Assembly: GCA_009843915.1 (NCBI GenBank)
Contig: VYCM01000136.1
Span: forward strand, 2,795-66,794
Direction of reading: 5' to 3'
DNA: 64,000 nucleotides
Source: Acidimicrobiaceae bacterium
GTDB taxonomy: Bacteria > Actinomycetota > Acidimicrobiia > Acidimicrobiales > Aldehydirespiratoraceae
This document shows, in pieces, positions 1 to 9,687 of the stretch; the first letter of the stretch is position 1, and every line of letters starts with the position of its first letter. The notes beneath the pieces are model-generated. The model was not told the DNA's origin and did no database searches. It was given only the letters and a program-made list of their open reading frames with translations. The translations under genes and the position numbers were made by a program.

Positions 1-759
1 GGTGCGGTAGGCGGACTCGAACCCGCTGCGGCCCAGTATCTGTCCGCCGGTGGGGAAGTCCGGGCCGTGCACTCGCTCCATCAGGTCCTCGACGCCGGCA
101 TCGGGGTCCTCCAGGAGCAGCACCACCGCGTCGATCACCTCGGCGAGGTTGTGGGGCGGGATGTTGGTGGCCATGCCCACCGCGATTCCCTGGCTGCCGT
201 TCACCAGCAGGTTCGGCAGGCGGGCCGGGAGGACGGCCGGCTCGGTGAAGTCCCCCGAATAGTTGTCGACGAAGTCGACGGTGTCCTCTCCGATGTCGGC
301 GAGCATCGACAAGGCCAGCGCATCCAGGCGGCACTCGGTGTAGCGGGACGCGGCCGGCGGATCCTCGGGCGAGCCGTAGTTGCCGTGAAAGTCGATGAGG
401 GGGTGCTGCAACGAGAACGGCTGAGCCATCCGGGCCAGGGCGTCGTAGATGGCTGAGTCGCCGTGGGGGTGGAAGCGGGCCATCACATCACCCACCACCC
501 GGGCGCACTTGACATGGCCCCGGTCGGGACGGAAGCCCTGGTCATACATCGACCACAGGATCCGGCGGTGCACCGGCTTGAGACCATCGCGGGCATCCGG
601 CAGCGCCCGGCTGATGATCACCGACATGGCGTAGTCCAGGAAGGAGCTCTCCATCTCCTCCTGGATCTCGACGACGGTCACCCCCAGGCTGTCACCGGTC
701 GCAGGGCCCGTGGGGTCTGGGGAGTCAGCTTCGCCGGTTCCGCCTGTCATTTCGTTCAT
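1..759 (-). CDS. gyrA: DNA gyrase subunit A, first 253 codons (gene continues past window start)
   Basis: Own translation of the minus frame from ATG 759: [76 protein letters not shown]. It starts 19 nt after the gyrB stop. It is absent from the ORF track because it runs off the edge. Confidence 0.93.
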   Translation of the reverse strand, partial: MNEMTGGTGEADSPDPTGPATGDSLGVTVVEIQEEMESSFLDYAMSVIISRALPDARDGLKPVHRRILWSMYDQGFRPDRGHVKCARVVGDVMARFHPHGDSAIYDALARMAQPFSLQHPLIDFHGNYGSPEDPPAASRYTECRLDALALSMLADIGEDTVDFVDNYSGDFTEPAVLPARLPNLLVNGSQGIAVGMATNIPPHNLAEVIDAVVLLLEDPDAGVEDLMERVHGPDFPTGGQILGRSGFESAYRT

Positions 760-778
760 GGGGTGCTTCCGTGGGGGA

Positions 779-2845
779 TCAGAAGTCGAGATTGCGGACT
801 TCTCGGGCGTTGGTGACGATGAAGTTCTTGCGCTGCTCAACGTCGTCGCCCATGAGCACTGAGATGACCTGATCGGCGATCGCGGCCTCCTCGACCGACA
901 CCTGCAGCAGGCTGCGCGTCTGCGGGTCCATGGTGGTAGAGCGCAACTCGTCCCAGTCCATCTCCCCCAGTCCCTTGAGCCGCTGGAACTCGCGCTTGTG
1001 CTTGGGACTCTCGGCCAGGAACGCATCCTTGGCGGCGTCGTCGAGCAGGTAGACCGTCTTCGAGTTCGACACCTTGGTGGAGTACAGCGGCGGCTGGGCC
1101 ACATACACATAGCCGGCTTCAACCAGCGGGCGCATCTGGCGGTAGAAGAACGTGAGCAAGAGCGTGCGGATGTGGCTGCCGTCCACGTCGGCGTCCGCCA
1201 GCACGATCACTTTGTGGTACCGGGCCTTGCCGATGTCGCAGCCGTGGTCGTCGGGCTCACGGCCGTCGGCCGGGCTGCCATCACCGTTGCCGTTGGTATT
1301 GCCGTTGGAGCCCGCGACGTCGCCGATGCCGGCGCCTATAGCTGCGATGATGGCCTGTATCTCGTTGTTCTTGAGCATCCTGTCTATGCGAGCCCGCTCA
1401 ACGTTGAGGATCTTGCCCCTGATCGGCAGTACCGCCTGGGTCTCGGGATCGCGTGCCCGCACGGCAGAACCGCCCGCGGAGTCGCCCTCGACGATGAACA
1501 GCTCCCTGCGGGCTGAGTCGGTGGCGGTGCAATCCTTCAGCTTGTCTGGCATGCCGGCGCCGTCCAGCAGCGACTTGGAGCGAACCTCGGAACGCACTCG
1601 AGCCGCGGCCTCGCGAGCCGCAGAGGCCGCCACGGCCTTCAACACTGCCCGCCTCGCCTCGGCCGGGTGCTCCTCAAGCCATTCCGACAAGTGGCGGTTG
1701 GTGACCCGCTCGGTGAAGGAGCGCATCGACATGTTGCCCAACTTGGCCTTCGTCTGCCCCTCGAACTGCGGCTCTCCGATGCGCACGCTGACGATCGCGG
1801 TGAGGCCCTCGCGGATGTCCTCGCCGTGGAGGTTGTCAGCCTTCTCCTTGAGCAGTCCCTTCTCGCGGGCGTAGGCATTGACAGTACGGGTCAGCGCCGA
1901 GCGGAACCCTTGCTCATGCATGCCGCCGTCGATGGTGGAGATCCCATTGGCGAAGCTATGCAGGCCGTCGGTGTTGAAGCCGGTGCTCCACTGGAACGCC
2001 ACTTCCACCTCGTGGGGATTGCCGTCGATGGTTTCCGTGCCGGCGAAATGCCCGACGGCATCGAAGAGCCGGACCTTCGACTGGTTCAGGCGGCTCACAT
2101 AGTCGACGATGCCGCCCTCGTAGCGGAACGACGTCCACTCGGCGTGTCCGTGCGGGCCAGGCCTCAAGTCGCGGACCCGGATCTCCAGCCCCCGGTTCAA
2201 GAACGCCATCATCTCCAAGCGTTCGGCCACCGTCTGGTACCGGAACGACACGTCCTCCAAGACCGAAGGGTCCGGCCAGAATCGGATTGTCGTGCCCGTC
2301 CGGACGTCGCCGTTCAGCTGTGGCGCGGGCCCCAGCACGGAGAGGGCTTCCTCGATCTCGCCACCGTTGACGAAAGTCATGCGATGCCGTTGGCCGGAGC
2401 GGTAGATGTCGACTTCCATCTTCTCTGAGAGGGCGTTGACCACCGAGACGCCGACACCGTGGAGGCCGCCCGAGATCTTGTAGCCGTCGCCACCGAACTT
2501 CCCGCCTGCGTGCAGCAGCGTCATCACCAACTCAGCCGCGGGAATGTGGTCATGGAGCGGATGCGGATCCACAGGAATGCCGCGGCCGTCGTCACCCACC
2601 TCACAGGAACCATCCTCGTGAAGTGTCACGTCGATCCGGGTGCAGTATCCGGCCATGGCCTCGTCCACCGAGTTGTCCACTACCTCCCACACGAGATGGT
2701 GCAGACCGGTCGGGCCGGTCGACCCGATGTACATGCTGGGCCGCTCGCGCACAGCCTCGAGGCCCTCCAGGACAGTGATCTCAAGCGCGCCGTACGAGGG
2801 GTCGACGCCGGGGGCTGTCTCGATTGCCGGCTCGCTGGCAGTCAC
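779..2845 (-). CDS. gyrB: DNA gyrase subunit B
   Basis: Track ORF 779-3019. The conserved part begins [28 protein letters not shown] and includes the TOPRIM motif [12 protein letters not shown]. An in-frame GTG at 2845 has GAGGAGG 10 nt upstream, so it is preferred over 3019. Confidence 0.9.
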   Translation of the reverse strand: MTASEPAIETAPGVDPSYGALEITVLEGLEAVRERPSMYIGSTGPTGLHHLVWEVVDNSVDEAMAGYCTRIDVTLHEDGSCEVGDDGRGIPVDPHPLHDHIPAAELVMTLLHAGGKFGGDGYKISGGLHGVGVSVVNALSEKMEVDIYRSGQRHRMTFVNGGEIEEALSVLGPAPQLNGDVRTGTTIRFWPDPSVLEDVSFRYQTVAERLEMMAFLNRGLEIRVRDLRPGPHGHAEWTSFRYEGGIVDYVSRLNQSKVRLFDAVGHFAGTETIDGNPHEVEVAFQWSTGFNTDGLHSFANGISTIDGGMHEQGFRSALTRTVNAYAREKGLLKEKADNLHGEDIREGLTAIVSVRIGEPQFEGQTKAKLGNMSMRSFTERVTNRHLSEWLEEHPAEARRAVLKAVAASAAREAAARVRSEVRSKSLLDGAGMPDKLKDCTATDSARRELFIVEGDSAGGSAVRARDPETQAVLPIRGKILNVERARIDRMLKNNEIQAIIAAIGAGIGDVAGSNGNTNGNGDGSPADGREPDDHGCDIGKARYHKVIVLADADVDGSHIRTLLLTFFYRQMRPLVEAGYVYVAQPPLYSTKVSNSKTVYLLDDAAKDAFLAESPKHKREFQRLKGLGEMDWDELRSTTMDPQTRSLLQVSVEEAAIADQVISVLMGDDVEQRKNFIVTNAREVRNLDF

Positions 2846-3070
2846 GCCGAACAGACCCTCCTCACACGGTCCCGCGGGCAGCGGGCAACGATGGATCGAA
2901 GGTCTGCCGCCGGAACAGGACGGAGGCTCGGAGCACTCACTGGCACGACCCGGCCGCAGCAAACAAGGACCGGGCGAGCCGGGGGCACCGAACCGGGACA
3001 AAGCCCTTAATCGAGCCACCGATCACGCCCGTCATTCTACCAGCGAGCATCAGCCGAACGGCGCGTTCCC

Positions 3071-3391
3071 CTAGTACTCCGAGAACGGCCTCACTCGCAC
3101 CGCGATCGACGTCAGCCGATCGGTGGACGACAGTTCATTGACCCGTTCCAGCACCTGTTCGGCCAGCCATCGCACCTCGCTGGCCCACATCGAATCGGAG
3201 GCCACGATCACGAGCCGATCACCCTCCACCGCGGCGGGCCGGCAGTGCCGAGCCACGTCGGCCCCCACTACTTCCTCCCACCGATGGAACACCGTCGACA
3301 GCAGGTCGGCGGGAGGCGCGCCGAGCGAGCCCAACACCCGCTCCAGAGCATCAGCCAGCTCGATGGGCTCGTCTCCCGCTGACACCGTCAC
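3071..3391 (-). CDS. dciA: DUF721 / DciA-like protein (replicative helicase operator family)
   Basis: 106 aa in the conserved recF-DUF721-gyrB position, as for mycobacterial Rv0004. The GTG start overlaps the recF stop (GTGA). Confidence 0.75.
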   Translation of the reverse strand: MTVSAGDEPIELADALERVLGSLGAPPADLLSTVFHRWEEVVGADVARHCRPAAVEGDRLVIVASDSMWASEVRWLAEQVLERVNELSSTDRLTSIAVRVRPFSEY

Positions 3392-4473
3392 ACCGGCCTG
3401 GCGGTGCCGTTGACGACCCGGATCAGTTGGTGGGGCTGGACGCCCGCGGGCAGCTCGGATGTTGCGGTGGTGAGGATTCGCTGACCGGGCGGGAGCGTCT
3501 CCAATAGAGCAGCCGCCCGGCCGGCGTCCAGCTCTGAGAACACATCATCGAGCAACAACACCGGCTCCACGCCCCGGCACTCGCGAACTTCTGCATCCAC
3601 CGCCAATCGCAAGGCCAACGCCATGGACCTCTGCTCCCCCTGAGAAGCATGGCTCCGGGCCGGAAGTCCTCCCACCTCCAACAGGACGTCGTCGCGGTGG
3701 GGACCCACCGTGCTCGTCGATCGCTTGAGATCGGTGGGCCGTGCGGCTGCCAGTGCCTCGGCCAGCGAGTCCTCCCCCCAAGACGAGAGGTACGTCACGC
3801 CCGCGTCGCCCTGCCCCTGGGAAATATGGCCATAGTGACGCTGGATCCGGGGCTCCATCGCAGCCAGCAGGTCACGGCGCCGAATGCGGAGCTCGTCGCC
3901 TACTGCGGCCAGCTTGTCGTCCCACACGTCCAGGGTGATGGCCACATCACCAACGGCGCGGCCCTGTGCCTGGCGCAACAGGGTGTTGCGTTGACGAAGG
4001 ATCCGGTCCAACTCGCTGCGCAGCGCCCCCCAGGACGGTCGGACCGCCGCCAGGGCGTCGTCCATCCATCGTCGCCGGACGGCGGGCTCGCCCTTCACCA
4101 AGTCGAGGTCCTCCGGTGAAAAGGCCGTGGCCGTGAGAACTCCGAGCAAGTCACGGCGCCGCGCCACCGGTTGCCGGTTCACCCTCACCCGGTTCGGCTT
4201 GGCCCGGGCCAGCTCTACTTCGATCAATATCTCGCGGTCCCCGTCTCTGAACCCCGAGCAGCGAATGACGGCCGCCGATGCACCGTCACGTATGAGGGCC
4301 ACATCGGAGGCGCCGCGGAACGAACCCAGGCCCGCCGCGAAGCCCAAAGCCTCGAGCAAGTTGGTCTTCCCATGGCCGTTCGGCCCGATGATCGCTGTCA
4401 TGCCCGGGGCGAAGACAACCTCGGCTTCGGCGTAAGACCGGAAGTCGACAAGCGATAGCGAGCAGACCCGCAC
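3388..4473 (-). CDS. recF: DNA replication and repair protein RecF
   Basis: MRVCSLSLVDFRSY, Walker A GPNGHGKTNLLEAL and LLLDDVFSELD. GTG start, located downstream of dnaN. Confidence 0.93.
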   Translation of the reverse strand: MRVCSLSLVDFRSYAEAEVVFAPGMTAIIGPNGHGKTNLLEALGFAAGLGSFRGASDVALIRDGASAAVIRCSGFRDGDREILIEVELARAKPNRVRVNRQPVARRRDLLGVLTATAFSPEDLDLVKGEPAVRRRWMDDALAAVRPSWGALRSELDRILRQRNTLLRQAQGRAVGDVAITLDVWDDKLAAVGDELRIRRRDLLAAMEPRIQRHYGHISQGQGDAGVTYLSSWGEDSLAEALAAARPTDLKRSTSTVGPHRDDVLLEVGGLPARSHASQGEQRSMALALRLAVDAEVRECRGVEPVLLLDDVFSELDAGRAAALLETLPPGQRILTTATSELPAGVQPHQLIRVVNGTARPV

Positions 4474-4491
4474 GGCCGACGCCCGAGACGA

Positions 4492-5628
4492 TCAGCTCAC
4501 CCGCACCGGCATAAGCAGATAGAGGAAGCCTTCGTCCCCCACTGAACGAAGCAGGGCTGGTTTCACTGCGTCCGCCGTCTGCAGCGTGACTTCCTCGCCG
4601 GTGGTGGCCTCGATGCCATCGATGAGGTAGCCGGGGTTGAACGCGACGGTCAGATCCTCACCCGTGTAGTTGGCTTCCATGGATTCGTTCGCTTTGCCGA
4701 CGTCGTGCGTTATGGCAATGACCTCGAGGCTCCCGTCGCTCATCACCAGCCGGACCGGCGTCGAATCCTGGGCAAGCAGGCGTACCCGTCGAACGACTTC
4801 CAGCAGCTGCTCGCGATTGGCGGTCAGGCAATTCGGATGGTCGGTCGGGATCAAGCCCTGGTAGTTGGGGAAGTCCCCCGGGATCAGCCGTGTGGTCAGC
4901 TGGACGTTTCCCACTACGAACTGCGCATAGTGCTCGGCCAACTTCAACGTCACCTCGTCTGAGTCCGCGATCAGCCGCTGCAGCTCACCGAGAGCGCGGC
5001 TCGGCACCAGGACTCTCTGGTGCTCACCGAGGATCGACGAGCCCTCGAGATCTCGTACCGAGAGCCGGTACGAGTCCGTCGAGACCAGCCGCAGTCGGCC
5101 CTCCCCCTCCGAAGCCATGAGCACGCCAGTGAGGATCGGCCTGGAGTCATCGGACGAAGCCGACCTGACGACCTGGCTGAGCGCATCCCGGAATTCGGCC
5201 CCACTGAACGTGACTGCCGGACTGAACGCTGCCGAGTCGCCGTCGTCGCTTGCTTCCTGGGTGAACGACAACTGCGGGTAGTCCTCCTCAGGGATCAGCC
5301 GGATTGAGAACTCCGATGACCCGGCCACGATCGAGGCCTCGCCCTCGGTCACCGAGAACTCCACCGCTCCGGCCGGAACCGCCCGGACCACATCGGTAAG
5401 CAGCCGGGCTGGTGTCACCGCCGCGCCGCCGGCGGTACCCAGCACCTCAGCCGTCACCGACAGCGTCAAATCGAGGTCACTGCCGGTGACCGTGAGAACG
5501 CCCTCGGTGAGGTCGAGATGGGCTCCCGTCAACGCGGCCCGGTTCGAACTGGCACCCGCTGCGGCCCGCACCGCAACCGTCAGAGCATCCAAGAGCGTGT
5601 CTCGTTCGCAACGGAACTTCATGCCCAT
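4492..5628 (-). CDS. dnaN: DNA polymerase III beta sliding clamp
   Basis: 378 aa with N-terminus MKFRCERDTLLDAL. The dnaA-dnaN-recF order is conserved. Confidence 0.93.
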   Translation of the reverse strand: MGMKFRCERDTLLDALTVAVRAAAGASSNRAALTGAHLDLTEGVLTVTGSDLDLTLSVTAEVLGTAGGAAVTPARLLTDVVRAVPAGAVEFSVTEGEASIVAGSSEFSIRLIPEEDYPQLSFTQEASDDGDSAAFSPAVTFSGAEFRDALSQVVRSASSDDSRPILTGVLMASEGEGRLRLVSTDSYRLSVRDLEGSSILGEHQRVLVPSRALGELQRLIADSDEVTLKLAEHYAQFVVGNVQLTTRLIPGDFPNYQGLIPTDHPNCLTANREQLLEVVRRVRLLAQDSTPVRLVMSDGSLEVIAITHDVGKANESMEANYTGEDLTVAFNPGYLIDGIEATTGEEVTLQTADAVKPALLRSVGDEGFLYLLMPVRVS

Positions 5629-5876
5629 GATCTTCTTGCTTCTCCTCTAGCTGGATTCAAAGGGTTGTAGAGGACACTAGGCACTGTGGATTGGGGATTT
5701 GGGTCGGCTCGCCTTGCAATCACAGCGCTTCTGATATGCCCAGATTTGCCGTGCCAGTCAGTGAACCGGCGGCGCGTTGCCGACTGGGTGTTGATTCAGG
5801 TGTCGTTTCGCACAGCTGTCCAGAGGCGTGGGGGCAACGGTCCCCATGGTTCTCCCCTGTGCCTGGTGGATTGCGC
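5629..5876. promoter_or_regulatory. dnaA-dnaN spacer with two DnaA-box-like sites
   Basis: TGTGGATTG at 5685-5693 and GGTGGATTG at 5865-5873. Both are reverse complements of CAATCCAC(A/C), matching TTATCCACA at 7/9 and 6/9. Confidence 0.3.
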
Positions 5877-7268
5877 TCATGAGATTTCTCCGACTCGCCT
5901 CTGGAGGTCCTGGATCTTGTCGAAGATGTCTTTGCGTTCGGTCATGTGGTGTTCGATCTTGCGCACGGCGTGGATGACGGTGGTGTGGTCGCGGTTGCCG
6001 AAGGCCCGGCCGATCTCCGGGTAGGACAGGTCGGTCATGTTCCTGGTCACGTACATGGCAATTTGACGCGCGTCGACGAGCGGCCGGCGCCGGCTGCCCC
6101 CGGTGATCTGCTCCACCGAGAAGCTGAAGAGCTCGGCAGTGGCGGCCAGGATGCTTCTGACCGTGACCGGCGCCTTGATGGTGTTGCCTATCAGGTCGGC
6201 CAGGACGCGTTTGGCGAGCTCGTAGGAGCACGGCTGACCAGTGATGTTGGCATACGCCGTGACCTTGATGAGGGCCCCCTCGAGTTCACGGATCGAGTCG
6301 GTGACATTCTCAGCGATGAATGAGAGGACCTCGCCGGGGATCTCTATGGCCGCCGATTCAGCCTTCTTCTCCAGAATGGCGAGCCGGGTGACCAGGTCCG
6401 GGGGCTGGATGTCTGTGATGAGGCCTGACTTGAACCTGCTTCGAAGCCGGTCCTCCAGAGTGGGCATTGCATCGGGAGAGCGATCGGAGGAGAGAACTAT
6501 CTGCGCGCCGTTCTGCAGAAGGTCGTTGAAGGTGTGGAAGAACTCCTCCTGCAGGCCGTCCTTACCCTCCATGAACTGGATGTCGTCGACCAGCAGCACG
6601 TCGTTGCTGCGGTACAGGAGCTTGAACTCCGGCTGGGTGCTGTTCCGTATCGCCTGTACGAACTCGTTCAGGAAGGTCTCGCTGGTGACGTAGCGCACCT
6701 TGTACGAGGGGTAATGGTGGTTCACGTAGTGAGCGATGGCCCTCAGAAGGTGCGTCTTTCCGAGCCCGGAGTCTCCGTGGATCAACAGCGGGTTGTACGG
6801 CCCGGCCGGGGTCTCGGCCACCGCGAGTGCGGCCGCGTGGGAGAACCGGTTGGAGGTTCCGGTCACGAACTGCTCGAAAGTCAGGCGAGCATGGGGCCCC
6901 GAGTCTCCGTTAGTGCCCGCGGCCCCCGGTTCACGGTCGGAATCACGCAACGCTGGAGCTTCCGCCGTTGGAGCTGCCGCGTCGGCAACAGAGAAGTCCT
7001 CACTCTCGTCCCAGTCCGGGTCGATCTCGATTCGAACCATCACGTCCGGCTCGGCCTCGTCCAGGGCGTCGGTCAACAGATCGAAATAGCGGCGCTCGAT
7101 CCGGGCCTTCTGGAGGCTGGTCGGCACAACCAGCGTCAGGGAGCGCTGGTCGAAGGCGGTTGCTCGGGCGCCGCTGAAGGTGGTTCTCCACACGGCGTCG
7201 CTCACCTGGCTGCGGATGCTCTGGGCGCAACTAGTCCATATCCGCTCCGCCTCGGCGTCGGTGCTCAC
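5877..7268 (-). CDS. dnaA: Chromosomal replication initiator DnaA
   Basis: Walker A GDSGLGKTHLL, a domain IV end with DHTTVIHA, and an overall AAA+ layout. The preferred start is GTG 7268, with AAGGAG 8 nt upstream. The track start at 7313 is a TTG lying inside a DnaA box. Confidence 0.92.
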   Translation of the reverse strand: MSTDAEAERIWTSCAQSIRSQVSDAVWRTTFSGARATAFDQRSLTLVVPTSLQKARIERRYFDLLTDALDEAEPDVMVRIEIDPDWDESEDFSVADAAAPTAEAPALRDSDREPGAAGTNGDSGPHARLTFEQFVTGTSNRFSHAAALAVAETPAGPYNPLLIHGDSGLGKTHLLRAIAHYVNHHYPSYKVRYVTSETFLNEFVQAIRNSTQPEFKLLYRSNDVLLVDDIQFMEGKDGLQEEFFHTFNDLLQNGAQIVLSSDRSPDAMPTLEDRLRSRFKSGLITDIQPPDLVTRLAILEKKAESAAIEIPGEVLSFIAENVTDSIRELEGALIKVTAYANITGQPCSYELAKRVLADLIGNTIKAPVTVRSILAATAELFSFSVEQITGGSRRRPLVDARQIAMYVTRNMTDLSYPEIGRAFGNRDHTTVIHAVRKIEHHMTERKDIFDKIQDLQRRVGEIS

Positions 7269-7281
7269 CTGTCGATCTCCT

Positions 7282-7313
7282 TTCTCCACAGAATCATCCA
7301 CAGATGTGGACAA
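7282..7313. promoter_or_regulatory. Cluster of three DnaA boxes immediately upstream of dnaA
   Basis: TTCTCCACA 7282-7290, TCATCCACA 7294-7302, and TGTGGACAA 7305-7313 (reverse complement TTGTCCACA, the actinobacterial consensus). Confidence 0.7.
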
Positions 7314-7388
7314 GAGATCTCCGTGGCCCCTTAGTGGAGGAGGGCGGGACCCAGATCCGGTTGCGGTGGTGACCAGCGGAACGTAGCA

Positions 7389-7397
7389 GCATCCACA
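7389..7397 (+). promoter_or_regulatory. DnaA-box-like 9-mer
   Basis: GCATCCACA, 7/9 match to TTATCCACA with the TCCACA core intact. Confidence 0.5.
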
Positions 7398-7460
7398 TCG
7401 GCTGCAAGTCCGACGCCGGAGTGCCGGTAAATGACTAGTTCAGGCTGGATGAAGTCCAAG

Positions 7461-7503
7461 TCAACTACATATATGTAAGATGTATGACATTCATGTTCTT
7501 TGA
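7461..7503. other. AT-rich stretch, candidate DNA unwinding element of oriC
   Basis: tcaactacatatatgtaagatgtatgacattcatgttctttga. Hand count over 7461-7500 is 11 G+C of 40 nt in a roughly 65% GC context. ATGT(A) recurs three times. Confidence 0.55.
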
Positions 7504-7586
7504 CCCGGTGCGAGACCGGCGGACAGTGGACGGCGCGCGGTGCCTGTCTGAGCCGGTTGGTTGTCGCAACGCAGGGTCAGCCCTAC

Positions 7587-7614
7587 GGTGGATGCCGACC
7601 GCCGTTCATCCACA
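7587..7614. promoter_or_regulatory. Two further DnaA-box-like sites upstream of rpmH
   Basis: GGTGGATGC 7587-7595 (reverse complement GCATCCACC) and TCATCCACA 7606-7614, the same 9-mer as at 7294. Confidence 0.5.
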
Positions 7615-7677
7615 GCATCGACCCGGATGGCGGCTCTTGTGGCGTGCTCGAATCGGAGCAGGCCGAGGAGGATCTTC

Positions 7678-7812
7678 ATGAAGCGCCCTTTTCAGCCGAA
7701 TATAAGAAAAAGGCATAAGAAACACGGGTTTCGAGCCAGAATGAGGACTCGCGGAGGGCGTGCTGTGCTGCGTGCCCGCCGCCGCAGAGGGCGGAGCCGA
7801 CTGGCCGCGTGA
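7678..7812 (+). CDS. rpmH: 50S ribosomal protein L34
   Basis: [47 protein letters not shown] 7678 is preceded by GAGGAGG. The longer track ORF from 7561 is not needed. Confidence 0.93.
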   Translation: MKRPFQPNIRKRHKKHGFRARMRTRGGRAVLRARRRRGRSRLAA

Positions 7813-7837
7813 ACGGCTCGGCGATCAGCCGCCGCGC

Positions 7838-8158
7838 GTGTCACGAACCCCGAGAGACCGAGCGAGCAGGGAGCGATTGATGCCGGCCAGCGTTCGCCGT
7901 GGTCCTCTCAGGATCTCGTACCGCGCTACTCCAACAGGCGCGCGCGTCCTGTTCGCGGTGCCGAAGTCGGTGGGGACGGCGGTTGTCCGCAATCGAGCTC
8001 GTAGGCGGGTGCGGGAGGCGCTGCGCGAGCTTGCCGGCGACGGAACGATCGTGCTGGCCGACGGGGAGTATCGCCTGGGCATCTCGTCGTCGCTGGAAGG
8101 TCTGTCTGCCGCTGAGTTGCGGACGACCTTGGGGGCGCTGTTGGGAGACATCCGGTGA
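7838..8158 (+). CDS. rnpA: Ribonuclease P protein component
   Basis: [24 protein letters not shown] is the RnpA RNR motif, and the gene sits after rpmH. The start is uncertain: GTG 7838, or ATG 7877 which has GGGAG 6 nt upstream. The track start at 7760 overlaps rpmH by 53 nt. Confidence 0.75.
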   Translation: MSRTPRDRASRERLMPASVRRGPLRISYRATPTGARVLFAVPKSVGTAVVRNRARRRVREALRELAGDGTIVLADGEYRLGISSSLEGLSAAELRTTLGALLGDIR

Positions 8159-8421
8159 GACGCCGATTGTCGACACGACTTGCTTGCCGCGCAATACGGG
8201 CCTACCAGGCCGCCCGGGCCGGGCGCCCGTCAACGTGCCGGTACATGCCGTCGTGTTCGGCCTATGCGCTCGAGGCGCTGCAGAAACACGGCACGGTGCG
8301 CGGCACGTGGCTGACGGCATGCCGCCTGGTCCGTTGTCACCCCTGGTGCTCGATGGGGTTGGATCCGGTGCCTGACGGCCGGCGGGTCGCGGCCGTAACG
8401 GGGGAGACCTCCGATGTTTGA
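8155..8421 (+). CDS. yidD: Membrane protein insertion efficiency factor YidD
   Basis: [19 protein letters not shown] and CHPW motifs. GTGA overlap with the rnpA stop. Confidence 0.85.
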   Translation: MRRRLSTRLACRAIRAYQAARAGRPSTCRYMPSCSAYALEALQKHGTVRGTWLTACRLVRCHPWCSMGLDPVPDGRRVAAVTGETSDV

Positions 8422-9655
8422 TCCCCTGTTCGATGTCGTCACCGCGGTCCTGGCCTGGTTCTACTCCCTGTTGCCGGACTATGGGGTGGCTATTGCCCTC
8501 TTGACGCTGACTGCGGTGGTCGCGGTGACTCCGCTCACGTTGAAGATGACGCGGAACATGTTGCAGATGCAGCAGCACATGCCTGAGGTGAAGAAACTCC
8601 AGAACCAGCACAAGGGCGACCGGCAGGCCATTAACGAGGCCACCATGGCCTACTACAAGGAGCACGGGCTCAATCCAGTCGGGTGTCTGCTCCCCATGCT
8701 GGTCCAGGGTCCGATATTCCTGATCATGTTCCGGGTGGTGGATGGACTCACCCGAAGGACGACCGAGATCGGCACTCAGCTCGGCTTCACCTCCCGTCTC
8801 TTTGCCGACAGCGCGTCCGGAGTGGCACCCAATTACGTCCAGACACCGATTTCCAGGGATGAGCTGCCATTTGATCCCGATTTCCTGGCCAAGGACAACG
8901 ACCTCTATCAGGACCTGAGCAAAGACGTTGAGATGGTCTCGTTGGGAGTCGATCTGTCCCGCAGCGCGAGTTCTGTGATTTCCGAGAGCATCGTCGCGGC
9001 GCTCCCCTACCTGTTGATGCTTGTGGTCGTGCTGCTTACGAGCCTCTACCAGCAGCGTCAGATCCAGGGCAGGCAGAGCGCCGCCGCGGTCAACCCACAG
9101 CAGCAGATGATGATGAAGTTGATCCCCTACATGCTGCCGGTGTTCTCGTACGTGATGCCCGCCGCGGTCGTGACCTATTTCATCGTCTCGAACTTGGTCC
9201 GGATCGCGCAACAGGCCTACATCACCCGGTCCTTCTACCGAGGGGAGGATTCTCTCGGGGCACAGGTCGCCAAGCAGCGAGCGGCCGCTGAGGCCGACGG
9301 TGGCGGCCCCGCTGACACCCAGGCTCGATCGTCGAAGGCGGTAACTGAGGGCAAGGGTGCTCCGACGCCGAGACGGGACGCGAAACCGCCCAAGGCCAAG
9401 GCGCCTGCACGGAGGAGGGCTCAGGGCACCGACAAGGCGCCTGCCCGGAAGCGAACCCAGGGCACCGACAAGTCGCCCACGCGGAAGAGAACACCTCCGC
9501 AGGCCAAGACGACAGAACAGCGGGGACGGACCGGCAAGGCCCCCTCGCGGGGCCGTTCCGGCAGCCGGCCCGGCGGCGGCCGCGTCACGCCGCCTGGCTC
9601 GGGCGCGAAGCGCCCCAGCCAGAACCGCAGCCGCAGCAAGAGGAAGAGGCGCTGA
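8414..9655 (+). CDS. yidC: Membrane protein insertase YidC with a long basic C-terminal tail
   Basis: 413 aa multi-TM core in the position after yidD. The last ~140 aa are Lys/Arg/Pro-rich. Confidence 0.88.
   Translation: MFDPLFDVVTAVLAWFYSLLPDYGVAIALLTLTAVVAVTPLTLKMTRNMLQMQQHMPEVKKLQNQHKGDRQAINEATMAYYKEHGLNPVGCLLPMLVQGPIFLIMFRVVDGLTRRTTEIGTQLGFTSRLFADSASGVAPNYVQTPISRDELPFDPDFLAKDNDLYQDLSKDVEMVSLGVDLSRSASSVISESIVAALPYLLMLVVVLLTSLYQQRQIQGRQSAAAVNPQQQMMMKLIPYMLPVFSYVMPAAVVTYFIVSNLVRIAQQAYITRSFYRGEDSLGAQVAKQRAAAEADGGGPADTQARSSKAVTEGKGAPTPRRDAKPPKAKAPARRRAQGTDKAPARKRTQGTDKSPTRKRTPPQAKTTEQRGRTGKAPSRGRSGSRPGGGRVTPPGSGAKRPSQNRSRSKRKRR
9398..9499 (+). repeat. Tandem 36-nt (12-aa) repeats inside the yidC tail
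   Basis: [12 protein letters not shown] / [12 protein letters not shown] / [10 protein letters not shown]. The DNA units start at 9398, 9434 and 9470. Confidence 0.8.
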
Positions 9656-9687
9656 CTCTCGCGCCGCACGAAGGAGTTCTTCTGGAA

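Noticed and set aside
2846-3019. 58-codon N-terminal extension of gyrB in the longest ORF (MARLRALSRFGAPGSPG..).
   Set aside because: It is Pro/Arg/Ser-rich, typical of out-of-context translation in high-GC DNA. A GTG with a strong GAGGAGG RBS sits right before the conserved GyrB N-terminus.
7484-7681. 65-aa and neighbouring 62-83-aa ORFs inside the rpmH-dnaA spacer.
   Set aside because: They overlap the AT-rich element and DnaA boxes, have no RBS, and their Arg/Gly/Pro-rich composition looks non-coding. The region is better explained as oriC plus the rpmH promoter.
7841-9211. 456-aa minus-strand ORF antisense to rnpA-yidD-yidC.
   Set aside because: The product is a low-complexity Arg/His/Gly/Pro string with no recognisable motif. 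The plus strand encodes three clearly conserved proteins. Long antisense ORFs are expected at this GC content.
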